From the IMG/VR virus record IMGVR_UViG_3300042898_002099: a DNA stretch of 64,000 nucleotides; one strand, given 5' to 3'. Of the stretch, positions 41,816 to 49,863 are shown one piece after another. The position numbers and the translations under genes were made by a program. A model generated the notes under the pieces. The model was not told where the DNA came from and searched no databases. It worked only from the letters and a program-made list of their open reading frames with translations. The DNA is from a virus. Numbering within the stretch: the stretch's first letter is position 1; each line of letters starts with the position of its first letter.

Positions 41816-42745
41816 TTAATCTTCAGCTAATTTAGCGAAGTAGGATAAAGACTCGTCGTCATTATCAAAGTCGATATCTTTAGGAGGCGCTTTAACTGGC
41901 GCCTTTTCTACGACTGGTCGATTTGCTTTGGGTGCAGACTCAACTTGTTCGTTCAAGTCTGTTTCGTCAGCCCGCTTGCCTGGTGCAGTGCCACCTGCTA
42001 GTCCCATGACCATAACAAATTTCTTTTTCAATTCGTCATAAGATTTAAAGTGCTTCTCATCTAAGAACTGTGTCAAAGAATGTTGCTTGCCCCAAATGCT
42101 TTCGATGATGGAATCATCTTCAGAGATGGCGCTTGCAGCTTCGAACTCAGACTTATCATAATTACGATAGCCTTCAACATTGCGAATCTTCAACTTGAAG
42201 TTTGCGCCTGTATCAAAGTCAAATACATTGACTGGCTTTTCGTCTTGAAACTGAGGCTCAGCCATATCTTTAATTTTATCAAAGATTTTCTTACCGAATT
42301 TATAAAGGAATACTTTACCTTCATTTTCGGGATGTGCTGGGTCTTTAATTACTAAGATGTTAGTAATATAACTTAGCTTGCGCTTTTGTTTACGAGCAAT
42401 TTCTTTATTTGCTTCTGAACCGGAATTCCAGAGTTCTGTGTTAAACTCAGAAACAGGATCTGCTTTACCTAATGTGGTCAAAGAATTCTCGATGTACCAT
42501 TTACCACCTGGGCCTTGGAATCCATGATTCCAAACGCGAACCCAGGGTAGATCTTCGCCTTGAGGTGTTGGCAAGAATCGAATAACAGCATAGCCGTTAC
42601 CTGCCTTGTCCACTTCCGGAGACCAGTAACGATCATCCGCGCCTCGAGATTCCGATTGGGGGTTTGCGATCTTTTCTACCTCTTTCATGAGGCTGTCAAA
42701 TCCGCCGCGGGATTTTCTAAGATCAGATAGTGAGTTGATTGCCAT
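41816..42745 (-). CDS. gp32: Single-stranded DNA-binding protein
   Basis: GNGYAVIRFLP, HGFQG..WYIENS, GANFKLK, NYDKSEF and acidic tail. Confidence 0.97.
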   Translation of the reverse strand: MAINSLSDLRKSRGGFDSLMKEVEKIANPQSESRGADDRYWSPEVDKAGNGYAVIRFLPTPQGEDLPWVRVWNHGFQGPGGKWYIENSLTTLGKADPVSEFNTELWNSGSEANKEIARKQKRKLSYITNILVIKDPAHPENEGKVFLYKFGKKIFDKIKDMAEPQFQDEKPVNVFDFDTGANFKLKIRNVEGYRNYDKSEFEAASAISEDDSIIESIWGKQHSLTQFLDEKHFKSYDELKKKFVMVMGLAGGTAPGKRADETDLNEQVESAPKANRPVVEKAPVKAPPKDIDFDNDDESLSYFAKLAED

Positions 42746-42789
42746 AATATTTCCTTTTCGTATTTACGGTGTATAAAAGTATGTTTGTA

Positions 42790-42984
42790 TTAACGTCGTT
42801 TAATTTTAATATAATTCGCATATTCATAATCAAAGTCATCTTCAGTATCATCCAATTTTTTAGATGATGCTATATTATATATAAGTTTTTTATGCTTGTC
42901 AATAGCAGTTTTCTTAGATATATTCTTTATTTTGCCTTCTCGATAGTCATAATCGGAAGACAAATTTCGTTTTTTAATACTCAT
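42790..42984 (-). CDS. Small hypothetical protein
   Basis: Operonic position between gp59 region and gp32. Confidence 0.55.
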   Translation of the reverse strand: MSIKKRNLSSDYDYREGKIKNISKKTAIDKHKKLIYNIASSKKLDDTEDDFDYEYANYIKIKRR

Positions 42985-43010
42985 ATTAAAAAGTGAGGTT
43001 CCTTTTACCT

Positions 43011-43232
43011 TTATGTTTCGTCATTCTTATTTGAATGCACTACAATGTACGGCCAATGTGAAATTTTCTTCGTTAATTCGGCTTGGTTGTACGCCATCTT
43101 CATTAAATATCTCTGTGTCTCTTTTAGGGACTCAATTGTATTACCTAGTAATTCTCGAGTAATCAATAATTCTTTTTCAAGAGTTTGAATCTTCTGTGTT
43201 GTTATGTCCAACTCTTCGTCTAAATATTGCAT
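43011..43232 (-). CDS. Small coiled-coil hypothetical protein
   Basis: ORF overlapping gp59 3' end; ATG 43232 chosen as start. Confidence 0.55.
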   Translation of the reverse strand: MQYLDEELDITTQKIQTLEKELLITRELLGNTIESLKETQRYLMKMAYNQAELTKKISHWPYIVVHSNKNDET

Positions 43233-43806
43233 CGAATTTTTCCTTATCAAACTTTAAAAACGGTTTGTATTTTCTAATTAGTCTTGATATATCTGGCCAC
43301 ATAATTTTGTCTTGTATTTCAGAATCAAATGTGTCTAGATACGGTCGTATTTTTTCAAGAATAACTAGAGTCTCTAAACTGATAGTTTTTCTAAGAAATG
43401 CTTTTATTATATATGGATGGTATGCTTTTGTGATTTTAAAGGAATCGTCGAAAGTTAGCTTCTCTGAGTCTAATTCTTCAATCAACCTATCAATATCGTT
43501 AGTAAAGATGTATGACAAACTCTCTACTCGCTTTTTCCAATCTGTATATCTTTGATTTGCTTCTGAGTCAAACATCCCGCCCCATCGATCACCAGACACG
43601 AAGTTAGCTATTAAGAAATTAGCTACTTCTTCGTCAGAGTAGGTTTTAGAAACTTTTTTAATAGAGAACAAATCTTTTCTCTTCGCAAAAGCCTGACGAC
43701 TTGCTCTCACTCTTCCGCGCTGTTGAATCGCATCATAATTTTCTGTAGTGAAATGTAACTTTAATGCCAAGTACATTTTATACACTGAATATTCGTCCAT
43801 AATCAC
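43177..43806 (-). CDS. gp59: Helicase loader
   Basis: Y.MYLALKLHF...YD, ISLETLVIL and KYKPFL motifs. Confidence 0.92.
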   Translation of the reverse strand: MIMDEYSVYKMYLALKLHFTTENYDAIQQRGRVRASRQAFAKRKDLFSIKKVSKTYSDEEVANFLIANFVSGDRWGGMFDSEANQRYTDWKKRVESLSYIFTNDIDRLIEELDSEKLTFDDSFKITKAYHPYIIKAFLRKTISLETLVILEKIRPYLDTFDSEIQDKIMWPDISRLIRKYKPFLKFDKEKFDAIFRRRVGHNNTEDSNS

Positions 43807-44069
43807 AATGGTAGTTTTCCCCGTTTTTTAAAATAATTTTGATCTTCTGCTTCTGATTGAATCTTATCTTTCAGAGACTGATTAATTAATTTAGACACAG
43901 ACTCAATATCAATGTCTACTTCATTACAATATTGTATAACAGCATCCATATAACCGATCTTTTCTCTAAACACTCGTTCTTCTATGTGTAGTGAAAATTC
44001 ATTAGGTGATCTAAATTTTTTAGTAATAATCAAACTATCAGTTAAAATATATTGTACTTCTTCGTTCAT
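43803..44069 (-). CDS. gp33: Late transcription coactivator
   Basis: F...IE.....YMDA...YC...LK.KI..EA...N motif; adjacent to gp59. Confidence 0.92.
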   Translation of the reverse strand: MNEEVQYILTDSLIITKKFRSPNEFSLHIEERVFREKIGYMDAVIQYCNEVDIDIESVSKLINQSLKDKIQSEAEDQNYFKKRGKLPL

Positions 44070-44737
44070 TGTGTTTCCGGGAAAAGAACCTCATCCATAA
44101 AATTCATAAACACATCTTTATCTACTCCGAAGTTAATCATCATCGCAGGTGTATGTGGATTTAATTTTTGGTTCTTACAGTAATTGTTATGTGCTTCTTT
44201 ATAATTGTCTTTTGACTCTATACCTACATTATATAGGTAATAGTCTAGATTGTCAATAACCGTAGATGCTAGTTGATCAAATTCTTCTTGAGTTTGAATG
44301 TTTCCCGCCGCCAGCATATTTGGACTGAAAATGCGCTTAGCCCAATCTGGTAATTCTCTTGGTTTGTTCCAAGTAATTTTTGACATCTTATCCTGGTACC
44401 AATCATATGTTTTTGAGTCGCCAGTATGTGAGAAATCGTGGAATGCACCTGTAATTTTGTTTTGTCCGCATACTATGTCAAAACCAAAAATGGGGTCTGA
44501 GGAATTGTGATGCGGGAAGATACACATATGCATGACCCACATCTTTTTATGTTTCGTGGCATCTACAATCTCAATGTGTGCTCTACGAAATTTGTCAGAA
44601 GTCCAAATATAATTTTCCCACGTAAAATTATCAGACTCGTGTCTATATTCTGGCTTCAAATCTTCAGGTGTGTATGACTCTAATTTTTTAATAATATCTT
44701 TTGCAAGCTTGTTGGCCTGCGGCCACACTTCAATCAT
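44066..44737 (-). CDS. pcyX: Ferredoxin-dependent bilin reductase, PcyX-like
   Basis: RRAHIE, H.CIFP, PIFGFD, AFHDFS, RELPDWA..IFS and QK.NPHT motifs. Confidence 0.85.
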   Translation of the reverse strand: MIEVWPQANKLAKDIIKKLESYTPEDLKPEYRHESDNFTWENYIWTSDKFRRAHIEIVDATKHKKMWVMHMCIFPHHNSSDPIFGFDIVCGQNKITGAFHDFSHTGDSKTYDWYQDKMSKITWNKPRELPDWAKRIFSPNMLAAGNIQTQEEFDQLASTVIDNLDYYLYNVGIESKDNYKEAHNNYCKNQKLNPHTPAMMINFGVDKDVFMNFMDEVLFPETQ

Positions 44738-45263
44738 TATAATCTTTCAACATATTAATATTATGAGTAAATGCCACATTGGCTTCTTCGGCTAATGATA
44801 CATTTAATTTCTGTCTCACATTTGCAATTAGTTGTGGTAAATTTTCAAACTGAAACATTCTATTACTACCAGGTAATAATTTAGCTAACATTTGTCCGCC
44901 GAACATATCGCCCATATGTCTTACATATACATGAGCTAACATTTTAGTTGTATCGTCTTTAATTGTTTCTAAATAATTAATATAATTAATTGTTGACGCA
45001 TTTAACTTGCCACTGGATGCCCCATCGCCTATTAATTCATTGTAGTCTAATTCGATTGCTTTTGCTCTTTTAATATTGTCTATACCTTTAAAAATACCTA
45101 GTCGTGAACCATGCCACTCTAAATTTTGATACAGTACTAGCAATTGATACAAATAGTCAATATATTTGTCTCTGTCAACTTGACCTTTGAAAATTGATTT
45201 AATAAAAGGTTGCTCTTCAGCTTCCTTGTGTTTTTCCGAAGTTAATTCTTTTAATGTACTCAT
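44730..45263 (-). CDS. hemO: Heme oxygenase
   Basis: LKE.T...H..AE (proximal His) and AHVYVRHMGDMFGGQ motifs. Confidence 0.92.
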   Translation of the reverse strand: MSTLKELTSEKHKEAEEQPFIKSIFKGQVDRDKYIDYLYQLLVLYQNLEWHGSRLGIFKGIDNIKRAKAIELDYNELIGDGASSGKLNASTINYINYLETIKDDTTKMLAHVYVRHMGDMFGGQMLAKLLPGSNRMFQFENLPQLIANVRQKLNVSLAEEANVAFTHNINMLKDYND

Positions 45264-45868
45264 AAACCTCCCATTCCACCGCTAGGTGGCGGAAATCCCA
45301 AATATTGTCTGTGGTCATATTTGTAATCTCTATACTTACCAAATTTATCTACATAATGTAGAAACGCTTGTGTTTGTCTTTCGCCTTTGTATTCATCTCG
45401 CCAATGTGGTAAGATATCACCCTTGTAAACAATAAGATCTCCTGGTTCTAAAAAGATAGGAAAACGCTCACCTTTTAAATTATCAAACCAAATTTCCCAA
45501 GGTTCAGGATCTACAGAAATATTAACAGTGGTTGAAAATTCGCAACTTGGTCTATCAGTATGTTCTGTCATTACTGCACCTTTATAATATATCCTCGCAT
45601 AGGTATAAGTATTATAAAGTTTTTTACCTGTTATATCTTCCATCATTGGTAACATTTGTACAGATAATGTTTCGAAACAAGCCGCAGAATAATAAGCAAA
45701 ACTATTTGTTACTTGGGTATCACCAAACATAAATTTGTTTTCCTCACTTTGACCACCCTTCATATAAGTTACTCTTTTTAGTAACTCAAATTCCAAATCT
45801 AGATGTTCTACTAATTGAGGTTGAATTGCGCCTCTTACAACTTCATATAGATTGTCTTTAAATGACAT
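45260..45868 (-). CDS. 2OG-Fe(II) oxygenase family protein
   Basis: YARIY..G..M..HTDRPSCE, HWRD and Q.FLHYV motifs. Confidence 0.85.
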   Translation of the reverse strand: MSFKDNLYEVVRGAIQPQLVEHLDLEFELLKRVTYMKGGQSEENKFMFGDTQVTNSFAYYSAACFETLSVQMLPMMEDITGKKLYNTYTYARIYYKGAVMTEHTDRPSCEFSTTVNISVDPEPWEIWFDNLKGERFPIFLEPGDLIVYKGDILPHWRDEYKGERQTQAFLHYVDKFGKYRDYKYDHRQYLGFPPPSGGMGGL

Positions 45869-45881
45869 ATTATTCCTTAAT

Positions 45882-45917
45882 AAAAAAAGTAGGTTATTCT
45901 GTTACGAGGAAACCTAC
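45882..45917 (-). terminator. Terminal stem plus U-tract of the tmRNA coding piece
   Basis: GTAGGTT...AACCTAC followed by T7. Confidence 0.7.
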
Positions 45918-45935
45918 CGAAACCCTAAGCAGCGT

Positions 45936-45968
45936 TTAGGCTGCTAAAGCGAACTGTTCGTCGTTTGC
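45936..45968 (-). other. tmRNA proteolysis tag reading frame ANDEQFALAA*
   Basis: TAAAT GCA AAC GAC GAA CAG TTC GCT TTA GCA GCC TAA. Confidence 0.95.
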
Positions 45969-46062
45969 ATTTACGTTTTTTGCTTCTTCGGCCGAGTTAC
46001 CTCAACCCTGCGGGTTTCACATTCCCGAGCTGTCCACTCTGTTACTAATTGCCCTGTCGAAA

Positions 46063-46245
46063 CTATTCAGGCCCCTCAAAAAGATTTTTCCATCTGTCTA
46101 GTGCTTCGAAGTAGCTGATCCAGACACATCCTTCACATCCTCTACCACAACACGTAGTTGGTTCTTGTGGCCTAGGATAAAAATCTTTTTGGTGGACCTG
46201 GGGGGATTCGCACCCCCGTCCAGAACACCGTTCTCTTTGCTTCAT
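46063..46245 (-). CDS. Oxidored-like (PF09791-type) Cys-rich protein encoded across the tmRNA acceptor piece and intervening segment
   Basis: [23 protein letters not shown] matches the P-x-P-x-E-P-x-x-CC-x-x-GC-x-x-CVW-x-x-Y pattern; ATG lies 4 nt after the upstream stop. Confidence 0.72.
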   Translation of the reverse strand: MKQRERCSGRGCESPQVHQKDFYPRPQEPTTCCGRGCEGCVWISYFEALDRWKNLFEGPE

Positions 46246-46249
46246 ACAG

Positions 46250-46459
46250 CTATAAAATATTAGTTAAATCTCCAACATGCACATATCCATCAACTTTTAG
46301 ATTAGGATCGCTAATACACTCTAACAAGACATGCCTTTTATCAACATCGTCAGGATGAAAGTGTTTGACAACAAATTCATGTCCTCGATATTTGTCATAA
46401 AAAGGTTTGAATGGTGGTTTGTAAACCTTATCTAAAAATTTAACTTTTTGTGATAACAT
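46250..46459 (-). CDS. Hypothetical protein
   Basis: 69-aa ORF whose stop abuts the tmRNA locus. Confidence 0.6.
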   Translation of the reverse strand: MLSQKVKFLDKVYKPPFKPFYDKYRGHEFVVKHFHPDDVDKRHVLLECISDPNLKVDGYVHVGDLTNIL

Positions 46460-46512
46460 ATTATATATTGTCTAGAATTGAAAATCTATTATATAGTTGA
46501 TCTTTTATTATA

Positions 46513-47166
46513 CTAGATCAACTTCCATTTCTTATATTCTGCTCGTAGCTCTTTAAATCCGTCGATCCATTTGTTTCGTTTTTCTACAAACACCAATGGC
46601 TTTTCATCATCTACTGCTATGAGCACTACTAATTGTGGTACTGGTATTTTAGTCATCTCTTCGAAAGCAACGGCATATGCTGCACATTGCATAAAATAAT
46701 CATGAATATCATCATGATGTTTTATACGTCTGGATGTTTTGAAATCTATTACTGACATTTTACCATTGTATTCACCTATACAATCTACAGTCCCTGCGAC
46801 TTCTAGATGATCTGAATATAATGGTTGTTCTAAAGCGTGAATGTTGTCAATGCTATGAAGTACCGGTTTCATATTTTGCCACATCTCAACATCAAACATA
46901 TTTGGAACAATTTCCTTGTTTAAAAGATATTGTTCACATAAGCTGTGAATGCGCGTTCCACGGCCAGCGGCCTTGCTAGATATTTTGTTTGCTTCTTCTT
47001 CGCCTACTCTCTTACGCCATTCTATAATTGCTTGTTTTTTAAGCAATCCAGTGACAGTAGTTACAGACGGGTATGCTTTACCCGATGGTGTTTCATAAAC
47101 ACGGCTACCATTATCAGCGGTAACTCGTTTTAGTTTAGGAAACTCAAGTTGTACATGATTAAACAT
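46513..47166 (-). CDS. PD-(D/E)XK exonuclease (Cas4/RecB-like)
   Basis: YPSVTT, RGT.IH, AGTVDC, IDFKTS and Q..AYA motifs. Confidence 0.9.
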   Translation of the reverse strand: MFNHVQLEFPKLKRVTADNGSRVYETPSGKAYPSVTTVTGLLKKQAIIEWRKRVGEEEANKISSKAAGRGTRIHSLCEQYLLNKEIVPNMFDVEMWQNMKPVLHSIDNIHALEQPLYSDHLEVAGTVDCIGEYNGKMSVIDFKTSRRIKHHDDIHDYFMQCAAYAVAFEEMTKIPVPQLVVLIAVDDEKPLVFVEKRNKWIDGFKELRAEYKKWKLI

Positions 47167-47509
47167 AAGGTTTTAGATTTGGAGGTTTCCATCCTTCGGG
47201 TTTTAATATTTTACCATCTTCGCGACGAATTACTTTACCAGTTTTATAGTCAATTTTATGCAGATTACTATCAGCAACTTCTTTCCAAGCGCCTCTAACA
47301 TCAAAGCCTTTCATATGACAATAACCTAGAATAACCCAGATCATATCCATACAAGCATCTAATTGCTCTACATCGTCTCGCATAACCGTTGCTTGACGGA
47401 ATTCATCATATTCTTCAGCAATCAAATCGCGATATAAATGAACATTTTCCTCACAAGGTTTTTGTTCGCACGCCTTCAAAAACACATCCACATCAAGTAT
47501 CATTGACAT
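47159..47509 (-). CDS. MazG-like / PRA-PH NTP pyrophosphatase
   Basis: LI.EEY.E, DA..D..V, V..SN..K and REDGKILKP motifs. Confidence 0.88.
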   Translation of the reverse strand: MSMILDVDVFLKACEQKPCEENVHLYRDLIAEEYDEFRQATVMRDDVEQLDACMDMIWVILGYCHMKGFDVRGAWKEVADSNLHKIDYKTGKVIRREDGKILKPEGWKPPNLKPYV

Positions 47510-47521
47510 AATTTACCTTTA

Positions 47522-48148
47522 TTAGCCGGCCAAAATTTCTAAATTGTGCTCGTAATGTTTTTTACGATCTTCTAATCCTATTGTACCACCATTGATCTTC
47601 TTTGTCAATAGTAATATATCCTTATTATCTGCAATAGCATTTAATTTGTTTTTTGTCCAAAACCAACAAGCAGATTCAATAGCACCATCCATTGTTTCGC
47701 AATAATGAACAGCATCTTCTAATGTTAGCCCAATAGAGTTGGCAAATGCTTGATAATTTAATTTACCTGTAAGTTGGATAGCACCACGACCTCTGTGTGC
47801 ATAACCATCACCGGAAGCTTCGGGTCCGTTACCCATTCTGTTTGCGTAAATTCTGTTTGCGATCTTTTCAGGTTTGCGCTCATATTCTTTTGCCAATGCT
47901 TCTGTTGCGAAATACTTTTTAAATAATCCCAACAATCCTTTGGCGCCATAATTTAAATTTTCTTGTAGTACAGTAAAGTCTAAAGACTCATGACCACATT
48001 GTGCTAAAAATGCAGCAACTCTTTCGACAGTTGTTATCTCATACTTCGGCAACACATTTTCAAGTGCCTCAAATAAAACAGGGATGTTTTTATTTCTAGA
48101 TAAACATTGCTGTAACTTTTCTTCAGTAAATTCAAACTCAAAACTCAT
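47522..48148 (-). CDS. Glycoside hydrolase family 19 endolysin
   Basis: FLAQ.GHES, ENLNY, RGRG.IQLTG..NY and INGG..GL.DR motifs. Confidence 0.93.
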   Translation of the reverse strand: MSFEFEFTEEKLQQCLSRNKNIPVLFEALENVLPKYEITTVERVAAFLAQCGHESLDFTVLQENLNYGAKGLLGLFKKYFATEALAKEYERKPEKIANRIYANRMGNGPEASGDGYAHRGRGAIQLTGKLNYQAFANSIGLTLEDAVHYCETMDGAIESACWFWTKNKLNAIADNKDILLLTKKINGGTIGLEDRKKHYEHNLEILAG

Positions 48149-48158
48149 TTTATTCTCC

Positions 48159-48713
48159 TTATACTTCTATATAATTTCTATCTTTAGTAAACCAAATTGG
48201 CATTGTATATCTAGTACCAACAACTGTACTAACACCGTGACTATATTCTATGCCTGCGGGATATAATGCCAATTTGCCCTTCATAGGTTTAATAAAATGT
48301 GGACCGTGTCCCGGAAAAAAGGTTTCGCCTCCGGCAAAATCATCGTTCAAATATAATACTCCGGAATAATTTCTCCAAGAACAGAAATTTGGTTCGCCTT
48401 CTTGATCGCAGTTGTCTGCGTGTAAAATCATCCCGGAGCCGCTTTCCCAAGAAACCAAATCTGTGTAATCTGGATACAGATATTCTTCATTGAATACTTT
48501 TTTTGCTACGGCTGTTGCATCAAACTTAAATGCATTAACCCAGCGTTTAATTGTGTAGTCTTGAATATTACTGTAATCTATAGTTTTACCGTTGAATAAT
48601 CTATTGCGCCCACTTACGTTCATCCTTGGTCTCGTACTAAACCAAGCAACGATTGTGTCGCATAAATCATCCGGTAAAAAGTTCTCAAATTCATAGATTT
48701 GATTATCTCTCAT
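48159..48713 (-). CDS. Prolyl-4-hydroxylase-like 2OG-Fe(II) oxygenase
   Basis: HAD, YLNDDF.GGE and H.V..V...RY motifs. Confidence 0.9.
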   Translation of the reverse strand: MRDNQIYEFENFLPDDLCDTIVAWFSTRPRMNVSGRNRLFNGKTIDYSNIQDYTIKRWVNAFKFDATAVAKKVFNEEYLYPDYTDLVSWESGSGMILHADNCDQEGEPNFCSWRNYSGVLYLNDDFAGGETFFPGHGPHFIKPMKGKLALYPAGIEYSHGVSTVVGTRYTMPIWFTKDRNYIEV

Positions 48714-48721
48714 TTTAACTC

Positions 48722-49474
48722 CTAATTTGTTTCATATTTATTTTCATATTCTAGTCTCGCTAATATATATTCCTTAACTATAGAAGATCTTACAATGTCA
48801 CCTGTGCCGAATTCAAAAGTCTTAAAACTTGGCATCATGTCTGCAATTGCCATAAACTTCTTTAATCCAGACATATCGGTTTTTTTGTATAAATCAGTTT
48901 GTCTAAAGTCTCCGCAAAATATGATCTTTGACCGTGGCCCTACTCTGGTCATTATAGAATTTAATTCCATGTCAGTCATATTTTGACACTCATCTACAAT
49001 TATAATAGAATTACTCAAAGTAATTCCTCTAACAAAAGAGGTTATCATAAATTGTACTGCCTTTTGCTCTACAAGTCTTGTATATGCGTCTGGCCTATCA
49101 AATAAGTCTTGACAAATTTCTACATATGGTGCGGTATATACTTCTGTTTTTTCTTTTTCGTCTCCAGGCAAATGCCCAATTTCTCTACTAGGCACTGCTG
49201 ATCTAACTATTACTATCCTTTGATATTGATTTCGTTTATCTAAAACCTCATCTAATGCATGGTATAACGCTATGTATGTTTTTCCTGTTCCTGCAACTCC
49301 GTGTAACAAAGAAACTTTCGATTTCTCATATGCATCAAAAAACCCTTTCTGATTGTCAGTTAATGGCTTAATGGTCTTCATATCTGATAAACATAACTTC
49401 AACTTATTATTAGTTATAGTAAGTTGGGGTGTTTGATTATTTTGAATCTGAAGGTTAGTTCTTGCTTTTGCCAT
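48722..49474 (-). CDS. phoH: PhoH-family ATPase
   Basis: G.AGTGKT, RG.T, DECQN, GD..Q.D and DIVRS motifs. Confidence 0.95.
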   Translation of the reverse strand: MAKARTNLQIQNNQTPQLTITNNKLKLCLSDMKTIKPLTDNQKGFFDAYEKSKVSLLHGVAGTGKTYIALYHALDEVLDKRNQYQRIVIVRSAVPSREIGHLPGDEKEKTEVYTAPYVEICQDLFDRPDAYTRLVEQKAVQFMITSFVRGITLSNSIIIVDECQNMTDMELNSIMTRVGPRSKIIFCGDFRQTDLYKKTDMSGLKKFMAIADMMPSFKTFEFGTGDIVRSSIVKEYILARLEYENKYETN

Positions 49475-49501
49475 GTGCGTCCTCTTTGGATAGTACGAAA
49501 T

Positions 49502-49527
49502 GAGGACAATTTCTAAGGATTGTCCTC
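49502..49527. promoter_or_regulatory. Inverted repeat in the phoH leader
   Basis: GAGGACAAT-N8-ATTGTCCTC, a perfect 9-bp stem. Confidence 0.5.
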
Positions 49528-49562
49528 CCGATTTTTAAAGTGGGATTTTAGCATCATATATT

Positions 49563-49823
49563 TTAGCGTCTGCTCAACTTATCTGAAAGATTAGCTTGAC
49601 GACCGTTAGTCGAATTAATCTTAGATAAAACTTCCCTAAATCCGTTGTCTATAGTTCGTACGCCTAAACGGACAGGGTCGCCGAAGGGAATCGGCGTTGT
49701 GTGGTGAGATTCGTATTTGGTAGAATTGCAGGTAGGGCAATGTTGATTTTCCCTTTCCGAAATTCGACACATAACTTCAAAAATGTTTGAGCACTCAGAA
49801 CATTTGAAATCGTAAAATGGCAT
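49563..49823 (-). CDS. FmdB-family zinc ribbon protein
   Basis: MP.YDFKC..C...FE...CP.C motif. Confidence 0.88.
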   Translation of the reverse strand: MPFYDFKCSECSNIFEVMCRISERENQHCPTCNSTKYESHHTTPIPFGDPVRLGVRTIDNGFREVLSKINSTNGRQANLSDKLSRR

Positions 49824-49863
49824 TAATTAGCTCCTAATACAATTATATATTAAATTGTAAGTT

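Larger units (their letters stand above)
45889..46255 (-). ncRNA. ssrA: Circularly permuted (two-piece) tmRNA
   Basis: Acceptor piece comes first: GAC-GGGGG-TGCGAAT-CCCCC-CAGGTCC-A-CCA ending at 46190. A 115-nt intervening segment follows (46189-46075). The coding piece starts GGGCCTG AATAGTTTCGAC at 46074, giving a 7-bp stem with G3.U70, and carries the tag ORF. The outer ends are approximate. Confidence 0.95.

Noticed and set aside
46190-46222. Stand-alone tRNA or attP-like tRNA fragment
   Set aside because: No anticodon arm; it pairs with the downstream GGGCCTG and is followed by a tag frame, so it is the tmRNA acceptor piece
46513-47166. Cas4-like nuclease as evidence of a CRISPR system
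   Set aside because: Stand-alone PD-(D/E)XK exonuclease common in T4-like phages; no array or other cas genes seen
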